Below are positions 12,031-25,300 of a DNA stretch of 64,000 bases, in pieces; position 1 is the stretch's first letter, and each line of letters starts with the position of its first letter. This stretch comes from Folioceros fuciformis (lineage: Eukaryota). Below the pieces are notes generated by a model. That model saw only the letters and a program-made list of their open reading frames with translations. It did no database searches and had not been told where the DNA came from. The stretch is from positions 255,589-319,588 of the forward strand of contig JBNGIO010006249.1 in assembly GCA_049999805.1 (NCBI GenBank), read 5' to 3'. The translations under genes and the position numbers were made by a program.

Positions 12031-15000
12031 CTCCCCCTCACCGTGGATCCAATCTCGCAAGCCTTGAAATTTGGATGCTGCTAAAGAGAATGTGTGATGG
12101 CTGACAGTCACGGGTGATTGAGTCACTCCCCCTCACGCATGAGCCTGAGATAAGAATCCTTGCTGAAAGGCCCTATTGCAACTACATACTTCTTACGAAG
12201 TGATTTGGATAACCCCTTGGTCAAGAGATCTGCTGTTTTCTCTACTATGCTGATATACTTTAGAATCACTTGCTTGTTGGCCACGGTCTGATAGATGAAA
12301 TTGTATTGAATTTCCACATGTTTCGTCCTGGCGTGCAAGATTGGGTTATAAGTCATTGTGATGGTGGACTGATTATCGCAAAACAGCTCAATTGGTTCTG
12401 ATTGTGACTCGTTGATATCCTGAAGAAATTGCCTAATCCATAGAATCTCTTTCGCGTCTAGGGTTGTTGTTGCATACTCAGCCTCGGTTGAAGATGTGCA
12501 GATTGTTTGCATCTTTTTACTTGCCCAAGAATCTGTTGAAGCGTTGATGCGTATGCAATAGGCTGTTACTGATTTCCTCGAGTCTGGGTCGCCAGCCCAA
12601 TCTGCATCAAACAAGCCAATTAATTTGAGGTTAATTGCATGATCAGCCTTATACAGTAGCCCTAAGGATTTGGTNNNNNNNNNNNNNNNNNNNNNNNNNN
12701 NNNNNNNNNNNNNNNNNNNNNNNNNNNNNNNNNNNNNNNNNNNNNNNNNNNNNNNNNNNNNNNNNNNNNNNNNNCATGATCAGCCTTATACAGTAGCCCT
12801 AAGGATTTGCTCATTTTGAGATAGCGTAGGATTCGTTTCACGCTTGTCCAGTGAGCCTTTCCGAGGTTTAACATATATTTGGCCACAATGTTAACGGCTA
12901 GTGCAACGTCTGGCCTTGTCCATATTGATAAGTACAACAAGCTGCCTACAGCCTCATTGTAAGGTACATTCTTCATCTCATTGATGTCTTCTGGTGATGT
13001 GGGGCAGTCAAGTGCTGACACTTTGTCGCCGAACGCTATTGGTGTAGCAACTGGTTTGGCATCTGACAGATTAAACCTGGTAAGCAGCTGGTCAACATAA
13101 TGTTTCTTATGGATGAAGAAGGAGCCATCGGATGGGTTTTGCTCAAACTGGACTCCGAGTGCGAAGCAGAGAGGCCCCATATCTACAACGTCGTATTCCT
13201 TACCTAGTAAGTCCTTCACATGTTGAATGATTTTAGGAATGTTACCGAAAATGAAATTGTTGTCGACATAAAGTGTCACGATTGCAAGCTCGTCTCCTGA
13301 TTTCAGAACATACACGCTCTTGTCTGCTGTGAGGCTGGAGAAACCATATTTATGGAGGTACAAGTCGACTGTTTCATTCCACACTTGCGCTAACTGCTGG
13401 AGGCCGTAAATGCTTTTAAGAAGCTTGCACACCTTGTTGGGGTCTTGAATGAAACCTGGTGGTTGCAACATGTATATATCTTTATGCAGCGTTCCATACA
13501 GGAAGGCTGTTTTAACGTCAACCTGATGTATCTGCAGATAGTGGTGAGCTGCGAAAGCAAGAAGAATTTGGATAGACGTGGATTTTACGACTGGGCTGAA
13601 AAGCCAATGCTCCTTGTAGTCGAAGCCCGGCACCTGGGTGAACCCACGGGCTACGAGTCTTGACTTGAATCTTGATATAGTGCCATCTGGTTTAAGTTTT
13701 CTTCTGAAGGTCCACTTATAGGAAATTGGTTTCCGCCTAGCAGGCAGGTCAGTAAGCTTCCAGGTCTCGTTTGCAATTAGGGAATCGTATTCGGAATGTA
13801 TTGATGCTTTCCATTCAGGTATACTACGTGCTTCTTCTATGCTTGCTAGTACACCTTGCATCTCAATTGCAGAGAGGGCTTGATGAAGGGCAAGCTGAAC
13901 TGAATCACTCTCGGAAGCTCGTGGTCGAACTGACACCTGTACGGGTGGAGTAACTGAGGGTACCTCTACCTCTACAGATGGTGTGGCTACTTGACGAGAA
14001 AAAGACTCTCTAGGAGCAGTGGGTGGATTTCTCCATTGATGGCTAGGTGGCCTATGGCAAGTGGATCGCCTAAGAGGTGATGTTTCGGGTTGAGGGGTAC
14101 TGACCTCATAATCTGGCTAGTTGAGGAGAGGCAAGCTGTCCATATGGTTGTCTGGTGTGGCATGACCTAATGGTAAGTCGTGTGGATGCGGTAGAGCGGG
14201 AGCTTGGTTTGGAGTTATTGATTGAAGTGGCTGGACGAGAGAAGGTGAAGCCGGAGGTGGATCATTCCCTGTCGGACCTTGAAACTCAAACTCATAATCG
14301 CTGGGGTTATATGTGTCCCCCTTAAGGTCAGATTAGGAATCAGGTGAGAAACTAAAAATACTAGGGTCAAGCAAAGGAATAGCGGTAGAGACGGAATGGA
14401 GGTATGTTTGAATAAGAGTGGCTTCATGGAAGTGAATGCTATGGGATAGGATTACCTGCATTGTAGATGGGTCGAAAAGTTTGTAAGCCTTGGACTGATC
14501 TGCATAACCAATGAACAGAAGTTTGCGTCCTTTGTCATTCCACTTCTTACGAAAATCACCAGGGATGTGAGCAAAAGCTGGGCTGCCGAAGATTCGAAGG
14601 TAAGAAATTTTGGGCTTGTGGCCGGTTCAGCGTTCATAGGGTGTTGTGTTGACAAGCTCCTTAGTAGGTAGGCGATTCTTCAGATAGTTTGCTGTAGAGA
14701 CGGCTTCGGCCCAATAACCTTTTGTAAGCCCTGCCAGCTTAAGGATGGAGCGCGAGATTTCCAGCAACGAGCGATTCAGTCATTCGGCAAAGGGGTTTTG
14801 AGAAGGCGTGTAGGGAACTGTGTACTGGCGAAGAATTCCTCTAGAGGTAGAGAATGAATGAAAGGATTGACTGGTATATTCCCCGCCGTTGTCTGCTCTA
14901 AGGGTGCGAACCTGAAACCCCATCTGCCTTTCTATAGTGGTGACATACTCTTGAAAACAGGAAAAGGCCTCATCTTTGTGACGGAGAAAGTAAACATGAC

Positions 15001-16378
15001 AATATCTGCTCCACTCATCGAGGAAGGTGATAAAGTAAAGGTGACCCCCAAAGCTGGTGGTGCTCATGGGGTCACAGAGGTCGGAATGGACAGTCTCTAA
15101 AAGGCAACGGGCTCAAGTGGGAGCAACATCTTTAAAAGGTAACTGGGCAAGCTTAGCATACTAACAAATCTCACAGAAGAAGTCTTTATGTACTTTAATT
15201 GTCACAGGGTCTTTGTACATGCTGGGGTTAGCAAAAGCATGTAGATAGCGGGGGTTCATGTGGCCGGCACGACAGTGCCAAAGAAGGACATGATTCTGAT
15301 GGTTTGGAGAAGTGGCAGTGGAGCTGTCCACCAAAAGGTAAAGATCGTTGTACAGGAGACCATGAGCAAGCGATGTCTGATTCTGATCTCTCGAGTGGTG
15401 GATCGTGCAGTGATTACCTCGAAAAGTGATGATGAGATCGTGCTTAGTTGCAAGTTTACGAACTGAGAGCAGGTTCTTCGTCATTGCCAGGACGTGGAGA
15501 ACTCCATTAAAGGTGAGTAGCTCCCCGTTAGATAATCGGAGCTGAATTTCTCTCAATCCTTGGATAGCTAGGGCGTTGTTGTCACCGAGCAGGACATGTT
15601 GGTCCGAGAGTGTGCCATGGTATGAGGTGAACATGTCGCGACTACTGCAAATGTGAGTTGTTGCTCCGAAATCGAGAAACCACTTGCTAGTCTCAGTTCT
15701 GGTGAGTGTGAGGCAGACCGCCAAAATTGAATTTGTAGTAGGTGGCGTCGGAGCCTGCGACAAGTGTGTTTTATGTCGAGGAGGGTTGCGACGAGGTTCA
15801 CCTACTACCTTCTTGCGACACTCGTACTCAAAGTGCCCAGAGATCCTGCACCAGTTGCATGGTCCCTTTGTAGTTCTTCGTTGTTGCTGTTGCTGCTTAT
15901 TTCCATTGAAAATCGGTTGTGTTCCAAGCTGATGAACGGGCCTCCTTGTGGCAGGGTTTGGTCTGAGGCCACCCCGTCTTCTGCCTCTACCTCGTGATGT
16001 GAAAAGAGCGTGACTTGGGCCAGCACTGAACTAGGGATTGCTCGCACGGCTTGATTCTTCCTCTAACAAGGCTCCCACAACTTTCGAAAGAGTATATGTA
16101 AGCTGGTACTCCTCCAGATGCCGCTACCTGAATTGACTGCCGCAAGATAGAGTTCTGAGAACTGACGAAAGTTCTGTAAGAGGGAGGAAGAGAAGTGAGT
16201 AGTGCGATGGCTGCTTGCAACGCTGTGACAATTGTGCCGCTGGCTGCAAGCTTGGCCTGCAAGGACCTGAAGTTATGGATGTGCTGCTCCACAATTTCGC
16301 ATTCTTTCATTTTTAGCGAATAAAACTAACGTGTGGCGTTGATTAGGGACATGGAGCTTTGAGCTTGGAACATGTCCT

Positions 16379-18446
16379 TGTCGTGCTAAACAGCATCAGC
16401 CTGATCAGTTGACTAACAATCACCAGGATTGTGTGAGTGAGCTAAATTCTAAGCACTCACTTTCTAGCTAGTTTAGTGGTCATAAACGTGACCGTAAGGC
16501 AAATGGAACGTCCATCAAAAACAAAATAGTAGTCCTTGCCAGTCCTAATCCCCCCCCCCCCAGTGTGGTGATACCTGACACCAACACTGCAGTCAGGCCT
16601 TGCTGAAAGTGAATCGGATCCATTGAACTTACCTGATCACTTGTCCCTGTGGTCTCTGGCTCGGCAGAGGTGGCAATACCACAGGTTCTCCGGCACTTCG
16701 GTCAGTGGTGGCTGGAGGCAAAATAGATGAGAACCTCCATTGCAGCCGTCACACAATAGCATGAGCTCTGGGTCATCAATCCGCCTGCACACTTGACATG
16801 CGTAATCAGCTGGAGGGATCCAATTTGCTGTGACGTGCGTAGGGTCTAAGTTGACAGATGACAAGGGGCGCAATTCTTTATGTGGTCGGTAGTGACCCTC
16901 CCATCTGATCCTTCCAGCAACAATACTCCATTCTTGCGCACCTCTCGCACCCGTAACACATGTAGCGTTGGCAGTGCTTGGCCCTACTCTCACAGCTTTG
17001 TCTGTGGCTCAAGTCCCATCCCCTGCTCACAACCTGCCCAGGCCAAGCCAGCGCTACGATCCAGGCTTAGTGTTGAGGTCCAGGCACAGCGTCACAATCC
17101 AAGCACAGCTTCACGATCCAGGCACCACGCCACGAGCCAGGCACAGTGTCACAATCCAAGCACCCCGTCGAAATCCAAGCACGGTGTCATGATACTGGCA
17201 CTGCGTCGCGATCCCCGGCTCCTCAGTCCCGAAAGCAGTGACGATGGCCTTGCGTGCACACAGACGATCTGTCGATCTCCAGCTCCTGCTCACGACTGGA
17301 CAGGTTCGGGCTCACCTGGGTGTCCTTCACCTGCAAATCATAGACTGTACAGTCCCCTCCTTAGCTCCGTGAGCGGCCTTCCCCACAGTCAGTTCGGTCC
17401 GAGTCCATGGACAGTCTCAGCTTGCGCTCACTGAGTCTCTCCCTCCCGGCTTCTGGCACTCACACACACGTCCATCCACCGTTGTCCACCAGCCCACTGC
17501 TCAGCACCGACTCTGCCCTGGTAACCGCAATGGGTCACACAGCTTGCTGGGATTCCTCTGCCGCTTGAGTTGAGTGCCTCAACTCACTATCCAGCACTGG
17601 CTCTACCTCGATGCCCGCGACGGGACACCACAGCTTGATGGGATTCCTCTGGCCCTTGAGTTGAGTGCCTTAGCTCACTGTCCAGCATTGGCGCTACCCC
17701 GATGCCCGCGACGGGACACCACAGCTTGTTGGGATTCCTCTGGCGCTTGAGTTGAGTGCCTCAGCTCACTGTCCAGCACTGGCGCTACCCCGATGCTCGC
17801 GACGAGACACCATAGCTTGCCGGAATCCCCCTAACACTAGAGCTGAGTGCCTTAGCTCACCGTCCAGCGCTGTCGTCCATCGACGTCATGCTAATGCCCA
17901 CAACGGAGCACCACGACACTTGTGAACTTGCCTGCCTGAGCTCCGGGGTTTGTGAGCCAGATCTCGATCCTGCAAGCATAGCGGCTGGGTTTGCGAGTTG
18001 TAGTAAGTTCTCCACCTAGCCCCGGCGTGGCATGCTCAGATTGTTAGTCACACATCCTCACACCGCAATGCAACCCATCAATGCTTTCACTCTGATTTTT
18101 GAGCAGTGGATTCACAAGTAGTTCCTTGGCTACCTACCTTGACTGCAGGCTTAGGCTCAATGAGAGAACTTCTAACAACTACGGGACTAAGCCTAGAAGG
18201 TCGGCACTTATCTGTCACGTTGCTCCTGGCCGTTACCCCCAGTCCTCCATCGTCGCCATACCGCCCACGCTCAAAACCGTTCCAGCATTTCGCACAATGA
18301 TGGTTCTAAACCCTAAACGGATCACACATTCCCTACCTGGCTATCCCTCATCTACCTAATCATATAGTTAGACTAATTACATACAATTAGCCTAATTATA
18401 TCTATTTGATTAATTGGATACCCTAATTAATCAACATGGCTTGACA
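16379..18446 (-). mobile_element. 2068-bp nested insertion (solo-LTR-like, TGTC...GACA) containing a gypsy integrase C-terminus + PHD finger fragment and tandem repeats
   Basis: Flanked by a 4-bp direct repeat tcct (16375-16378 / 18447-18450). Removing it restores copia gag (EVWSVFKD|MFQAQSS). PHD finger CQVC...MLLCDGC...H..CL.PPL..VP...WYC..C lies at 16637-16810. Confidence 0.85.
17538..17882. repeat. Four ~91-bp tandem repeats inside the nested insertion
   Basis: Units start at 17538, 17629, 17720 and 17811 (cacagcttg.tgggattcc...). Confidence 0.92.
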
Positions 18447-19339
18447 TCCTTGAAAACACTCCACACTTCTGCTGAGGTACTCTGACCTTGTGTGTGGGGT
18501 AGCATACTCTTGTCTAATGTAGAAACAAGAGTGTTGCGTGCTCAATTGTCTTTCTTATGCCAGGCTGCAATCTCATCAAGGGTTGTAGGAGGCACGGTAG
18601 TTATGGATGGTTGCTTCAGGGTTCCATTTACAACTGACATCAGATCATGCTCCTCTCATAGTGCAGTGATGCGCACCTGCCATGCCTCGAAATCACTTCC
18701 GTTGAAGCGATCTGGGTCACGAAACTCTATCTTAGAGATAATTGTGGAAGGTACATAAGGTGTTGAGGTTGTCATTATGTAGTGCTGAAAAAGTCAAAGG
18801 GGATCAAAAGATAGCATCTACAAGGATCATCTATAGGTAAGACTCTACTCTACCTAGACGTACAGTTGTGTTGAGAACTTGCTGATTACCAGGCGCAGTA
18901 CTTCTAATTAAGGTTCTAAACAGGTGAGTTGAATCCTAAGACAATCGTGTGTGGAACGAAGACAAGAAGAGAGCACATGAGAGGCATCATCAGGTTGAGT
19001 TGGTGCAGGGGTTGACCAATTGAGTGAGCTTGAAGTTTTTCCTGGACGAGAATGATGATCACAAGTGTTACGTCTGTGCTCGAAGGGAGGTAGTCTACGT
19101 CAAGGAGGTTTGTTCAAGGACTCAGAGCAGTTGTTCCAAAGACGCTGGTGGTGCTGAGTTGCCTTACTGACAGGTACGTAGATTGAGGAAGTACGTCTTC
19201 TAGGCATCTTGTTGGATGAGAGATTGCTAGAGCTCAACGCAATGAGTACTCTGCAGGGTTATGGCGCTAGGCTGTGAGGGCCTAGGTGAGGAGAGGAGGA
19301 TGGCATATGGCGGCATGGAGCAAGATGGCTCTGATACCA

Positions 19340-19596
19340 TCTTATGGAAACGGAGAGAACGATTCTCATGAAAACACCATCGATCATTATGGCTGATGGC
19401 CACATATAGGAAAGTATAAACGGCTATTCGGTTTGGGCAGTTTAACTATTCGTTACTATTGATTAATTTACTATTTAGGGTTTAGGGTTTTACTATTTAA
19501 TGTGCTTAAGTAGGGTACACCGAAACGTGCCCTAAACACATTGTGCATTGGTCCGCGGTGTATGTCGGCGATACCCCAACGCGCGGTGCGCCAACA
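19340..19596 (-). repeat. 5' LTR of the copia element
   Basis: Abuts the PBS, aligns with 11736-12030, and contains tttagggtttagggttt. Confidence 0.9.
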
Positions 19597-19599
19597 CAA

Positions 19600-20268
19600 T
19601 GCGGCTACTGTATGCACAGCAGCTCAATTGTATTGGAAGCCTTAGATAAGGGTAGGCATGTACTACATCAAGCCACGATCACTTCATTGGTGAGCAAAGT
19701 TCATGACAATGTTCCAAGTGGAGATCCTAACCGTTCCAGAGAGATTATCAAAGTCTCCCCAACCACATTCAATGACATCTATAGTGTTGTTGCTCTTGAC
19801 TTGACCAGACACCCTCCTCCCAAGTCTCATTACTTTGCCAAATTGTAAGTCGTAAGTTGCATGTTGCAAAACATAGATTGGTGATGTTGGTTTCCATTAC
19901 TACCTTAGCTTGTTGTTTCCTTCCCTAGCAGAAACTTGAGCATATTTAAGAAGTCCTTCAACTACAAACACCACTCAAGCAAGATTGTCATAAAGAGGGC
20001 ATTTGGACGTTTGAACAGTACAAAGCGTATCTTGAACAAACGTCTAGTTTCAACGGATTTAAAGCAAGTTGGCAAACCAGCATTTTGGTGTTGTATACTA
20101 CATAACATCAATATTGATATGCAAGTAAGTGATGCTGACCATGCCATAGACACAATCCCTCAGCATGATCAAACTACATTACAATTCCAAGTACAAGGTC
20201 TATCAACGCAAACTAATCTCAATGTGTTTAAACATTGTGATATTAATGAACTCAAAATTTTAATGTAA
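19600..20268 (+). mobile_element. PIF/Harbinger (DDE_Tnp_4/HARBI1-like) transposase relic
   Basis: FNYKHHSSKIVIKRAFGRL...CCILHN matches the FN..HS..R..IE.AFG.LK...CC.LHN C-terminal signature. An upstream HSSSIVLEAL...SKVHD echoes HSI.LQA...GS.HD. Heavily decayed. Confidence 0.65.
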
Positions 20269-21465
20269 AACTCAAAAACATGAAAAAATAATCCATATCC
20301 ATACAGCAAAGATCAAATTTATTTGAGTACTTTGAAGCCCCTCTTTTTCCTTTGATCTAAAAATCTAACTTGGGTTGCTAGACTAACCCCTTATCTTGAT
20401 TTTTTTTTTTCATTTTTGACTTCCACTAAATACCCACATATTTGCGTGTGCCGAGCAAGACATTGATGTAATTGCATTTTGAATACTAATTTTTGCTAAA
20501 AGTTTTCGGATCTACGACTTAGAACCATCCAAATCTTAGATATATGTCGTGGATTTTTAATTTATTTTTTACCTCAACCCCATTTTAATGGAATCGAATT
20601 GTTTGGCACATACCATGTTTTGATAGTATTTTGTATGTACCTGACATGGCCAAACATTTGTTGTCGTTTAGTTAGCTCCTTTAAACTCTTGGATTTTCTA
20701 TGGTAACTTTGGAATGACGTCTTTTTTCCTAGAAGATGTATTCTTGGCTGCAACTGAGCACTAGTGCTTCTCCAAAGCTTCTTCAATTTTCTTCACCACT
20801 GGTCCTTCGCTTCTCATTGAGCTAGGATGATTGTGCCTTCTTAGCTTGCCCATTCCATCGCCTTAAAGAATGAAGGCTGCTCATTTGAAGCTTAGGGCCT
20901 GCTTACAGTCAGTCCCTAACCGTGCAAGGTTAAAGGTGTGTGTTAGGATATATTAACCTAGACTAGTTAGGTATACGATGTGAAACAACATACACACACA
21001 CTTATATTTATAATGTTTTTCTAAACATTGAACCAAATATTCTCTTCTAAACTCACTCTTGTGCTCATTTGTTCTTGAACATCTTCCTCTTTATGTCTTT
21101 CTATACTTAGAGTAAGGCGCATTCCTCTTGAAAAAGGGCACCCACCATATCTGAGAAAAAGATTGGTGACGGGATGCTAATAGCTACAGCATCACTCACT
21201 GCTTGCAAAGAAACACCTTGTTTGTACATGAATGTCTTGTAGCTGGGAGGAAGACTCATGAAAAGCTATGCTATTGCATCCAACTCTAACATAGTTGATC
21301 AAAGTGCTATGAGTTGGGCATGTAGGGGCTGAAATTTACTCACAGACACATAGGCTTGTTTTTCTTTTTTCATGTGCAAACCAAAGAATTCATTCCTCAC
21401 TATGCATAGAGTAAGAATATTCTTCACGTCATAGGTTTCCTAAAGTTGATCCCATATTTTATACA

Positions 21466-22330
21466 CCTTGGACAAGTACTCTACATCAACCACTTATCTT
21501 GGTTGGTTACTACAACGCAGATTGAGCCTTGGAGAAGTACTCTACATCAACCACTTATCTTGGTTGGATACTACAATGCAGATCGAGCCTCAGACAGAGA
21601 TACACAGAGATTTGTTTATATGCCTTCATTTTAGCTAGTGGAGACAATGTTAACTTGGTTCTCTAAGAAGCAGTGAACTATGTCTCTTTTGTAAACTGAA
21701 GTTGAGTATTCAGCTCTTTACACGAGTGGCAAAAGAAACAATTTGGTTAAAAAGATTGCTTAAGGACTTAGAACACAATAAAAAGGATCCTACTCTTTTA
21801 TATTGTGACAATCAATCGGCCCTTACCTTGGTACATAATCTAATGTTCCTGTAGGGTTATTAAAGCCCAATGTGTTTAGGCTAATGTGTTTAGTCTAAGA
21901 TTAGTGTCTAGTTAATGTGTTTAGTCTAAGGTTAGTGTCTAGTTAAGTATCATTAGTTTAGATTAGCTTAAGCTAATATGTAGGAAGCTTCTTGCGCAGC
22001 TTCCTGTGAGCTTCTTGTGAAGCTTCCTAGGGAGCTCTTCCAGAGGGTATAAATACCCCCTTGAGCTCCCTTGCCAACTACTCTCAATGTGACCTTCTTT
22101 TCTCCTGTCCTCTCTACCTCCTCTTCTCCTCTCCTCCACCATGCTCCTTTAGTAATCCTACAGTTCCCTGCACGTACGAAATATATTGAAGCTCATCATC
22201 ACGTCATCATAGATGATGTTTCATCATGTCACATCACTATAGGATATGTAACAACATATTCTAATTCTACAAATCTACTATTAGAAGCACTTCAAACTAA
22301 AAAACAATCACCTTAGGAGGCACTTGGAGT
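21466..22330 (+). mobile_element. Second, highly decayed Ty1/copia RNase H relic
   Basis: Reads LVGYYNAD...TWFSKKQ*...TEVEY...WLKRLLKDL...LYCDNQSA and continues after the solo LTR with ARTKYIEAHHH. Stops and frameshifts present, plus a ~62-bp local duplication at 21466-21590. Confidence 0.8.
21850..22162. mobile_element. 313-bp solo LTR inserted in the copia RNase H relic
   Basis: Termini tgtagggtt...aatcctaca (TG..CA with short inverted repeats), perfect 5-bp TSD gttcc (21845-21849 / 22163-22167), and an internal tataaata. Confidence 0.88.
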
Positions 22331-25300
22331 CTTAAACTTCAGCTTGTTTTTGTCTAATTCTGTTATATTTCCTATCTTTTGATGTTGCTAAGTAGTATGA
22401 GTACTTTCTAAGATGATGAATATGAGCTACTAGTGTCTCCTCCAAAGAACATGTTTGTTTTGTCTTTTGAGCTAGCCTTTAATAGTTCAAGGTAGTTGAG
22501 ATCAAAGTTGTGCTCATATTTCTCATCTTTGTCAGTCTTCAAAGACATACTCTATTCCTACTTCACCACATAGTTTGTCTTTAGAAACTGCAACTTAGAT
22601 AGTAGGGTTAATATGTTTTACTCAACAACCAAACCACACCAATAGTGGAAGAAAGTATAGTAGCTGAAGTTCAATCGTAAAAGAGAAAGTTGCCTTTTGA
22701 ACCAGCCCACTTGAATTGGTCCTCATGAATCCTATTCCAGTGTCTCCACACATACACCTTTGGTGTTAGTCGATAATCCATACCACCCCACTTGAACCAA
22801 TCCTCTCGGATTATTACTATTCTAATGTCTCTACACATACACTTCTGGTGTCAAGCGGATAATCCACACAAGTCCCATCTTAAACCACTCTCACATCCTT
22901 GTTAGGATGTCCTTAATGTAGGGTGAAAGTTTGTTCCTGAAATTGAATAGGTAGCACAATTCTTTTCTCTTCCTGTCGAGGTGCAAGGATGTTTCTCATA
23001 GGTCTGGTCGAGGTATACTTGTTTGTGTTCTCAACAGCAGTGGAAGTAGCGTTTTGGTGCTGTAGCTCAAATAGTTCACGGGTGAGCTTCTCTTCACACT
23101 ATTCAAGCTTTCTCACTCAAGATCTCTAGTATGCATTCATCTTATGACTGCGGTGGTGGGAAGCAACCAGCCACCTTGGAGCACACCTATGCATAGAACA
23201 ATGAAGTGTGTGCCCAAGACTATCACAACCTCACTCATTATCAGAAGGAGTCAAGGGCCTCGAAGTCTCTCTTGTTGCAAGGAAGACGGTTGGAGCGGCA
23301 GCAACATGGGGGTAAAAATTGCATTCGGATTGAGAACTGGAACTCAGCATGGTTGTCATCTATATTTGCGTGACTTCCAATTGCCATTACTAGTAGCTTC
23401 TCCTCCAAGGTTTTGTCTTCAGTTTCTCGTGTTCGAGTTGTAGATTGGGGCCTACGGCCTTCCTGCAACAGAAGGGTTAGCCATCCTGCCATACGGTTGA
23501 GTGCTTGCACTAAAGCAATTTTTGTCCAGTTCTTCTACTCCAATGCATGACTTTACATGCACTCATGGGGTAGAGGCGTAACTCATGGAGGCGAGTGAAG
23601 GACAAGGGGAGGTTCAATGGTTTTGGGTTTAAGTAATTTTTCTTTAAGTCATCGTTTTTCTAATCAAACTCTACATAATCTGCACTTCTTGGTTAGCAAT
23701 AAGTAGGAGTGTTATATATTTAACAGTTGATTTTAGGGTACACCCAACTACGAATTTAAATTCAGAGGAATTGGAAGCTATTTCTCTGAAAAGAAAGAAA
23801 TATTTTAGCATTAAAAAAAATTAAACAATGACATTTCAAAAAGCTGTTTTCTGGATAGACGCGTGGAATCTACGTGTGATGGATAAGCTGTGATACACCC
23901 ACTGGCCGTGGATGCATCACAGCTTATGTGGGCTAAAAACAATAATGCAGTATCACCTTCCTAGCCAGGGTGGGTTTTTGTCGAAATGGATCACTTTGTG
24001 TCGGTCCCGGGGTCTGGGCCAAGTTGGGATGGAAAAGAGGCTTTCCCGAGCGCTGCATCCGGGACGCATGGCCTACTTGGAGGCTCAAAAAGCCATTTTT
24101 TTGGAAAAATATCTCTCATTCTTCCGAAGTTCGGGGCCAAGTTGTTAAGAGAGAACAAGATGCTTTCCTGTGGCCTGGGCGAGGCGAGACCCAGAGCGGG
24201 TAAGATGGAACGCCAGAGAAACGTTATGGACAAAAGGAATCAGGAAAGTGTAAAATACGAGAGGATAAAATGAGACAAAAATAAAAAAAACACAGCAGGT
24301 AAAGACTGACTCAAGGCCAGCGATGGGTTCGTGAACGCCGACGTCATCCTACCTTTCCACCCAAACCTGCTGTCACAAGTGGTGTCCCCCTACAGTACAC
24401 TTCATTCTGTGTAGCGCGGAAGGTGGAATTGATGTCTAAGGCTTTTCCATCCCAACATACCGTATGTAGAAGGAGTCCTTCATCTGGAGCATTGTACCAT
24501 CATGCGCAGCTGGACAAGGCCCTTGTATGTGCTGGATTAGGATGCTCGATCCGATGGCGAATTTGCCCTTGTTCTACTGGAATCCCGTAGAAGGATCTCA
24601 CCACTCCAGCGTGCACATGGCTGCTTGTCCGTCAGGGCAAGACCATGGTGCCAGGTAGTACATATTCTACCCCCTCCTTGTTAACGTTAGAACAATGCCA
24701 GAGAAGAGAGGAAGCACAGAAAAAGGGAGTCAGTGGAATGGGAAGAGCTATGGTCACAGCACCGCACAGGAATGCAAAGAGAGCCATGGGAGCTGACAGA
24801 CCAAGGCCCGAGGAAAATGAAAACGGATATTGATGAATGCCGTGATCTACAAGATGTTTTCGAGATACGGCAGCAAACGACAAAGTTTGCACATGCTGAG
24901 AGTCGGTCTTTCCCTCGTCTGCTCCAACGGAAGCGTTTGAAGCTTCTAATCCCGTATCGCGGCCTAGCACAACGACGGGTAGGCAGAAATGCGGTCTATG
25001 TGAGTAGCTGACGGGCGAGTGAGATGGCAGATCCGGTAAGGGACATGTGCACGCCATCGTGGCCATTCAGCAAATGGGGGTCCGTATTCTGGTGGCGGCT
25101 TCAAACCAGAGTGGTAGATATTCGGCGACTTCTGTAAATCCGTGGCCCCGGTTGATGGCAGCGCACCCGGACAAGGGGCAGAAGGGTTGGTTTTAGATAG
25201 TGTATTAAGGCAACAGGTGGAGGTGCAGCTGCAGATGTTTGGCTTTGCTGCGCTGTTGTGCGCAGCGCACCACGGGGTGACTCTGTGGCTGGGACCCATG

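Larger units (their letters stand above)
11736..19596 (-). mobile_element. Ty1/copia LTR retrotransposon, full-length but degenerate, with a nested insertion in gag
   Basis: LTRs at 19596-19340 and 12030-11736. tRNA-Met PBS (tggtatcagagcc) at 19339-19327 and PPT at 12040-12031. Flanks taatg/caatg give a 5-bp TSD with one mismatch. Domain order is gag (from 18775, CCHC knuckle ~15860-15810), protease (WFLDFGATTH), integrase (LWHCRAGH, LRADNGGEY), RT (QVDVKTAFLYG, YVDN), RNase H (DADWAGD). Scattered stops and frameshifts. Confidence 0.95.

Noticed and set aside
12640-12810. Apparent duplication in the copia RT/RNase H linker
   Set aside because: The same ~33 nt flank both sides of the N-gap (12675-12774), consistent with an unmerged contig overlap.
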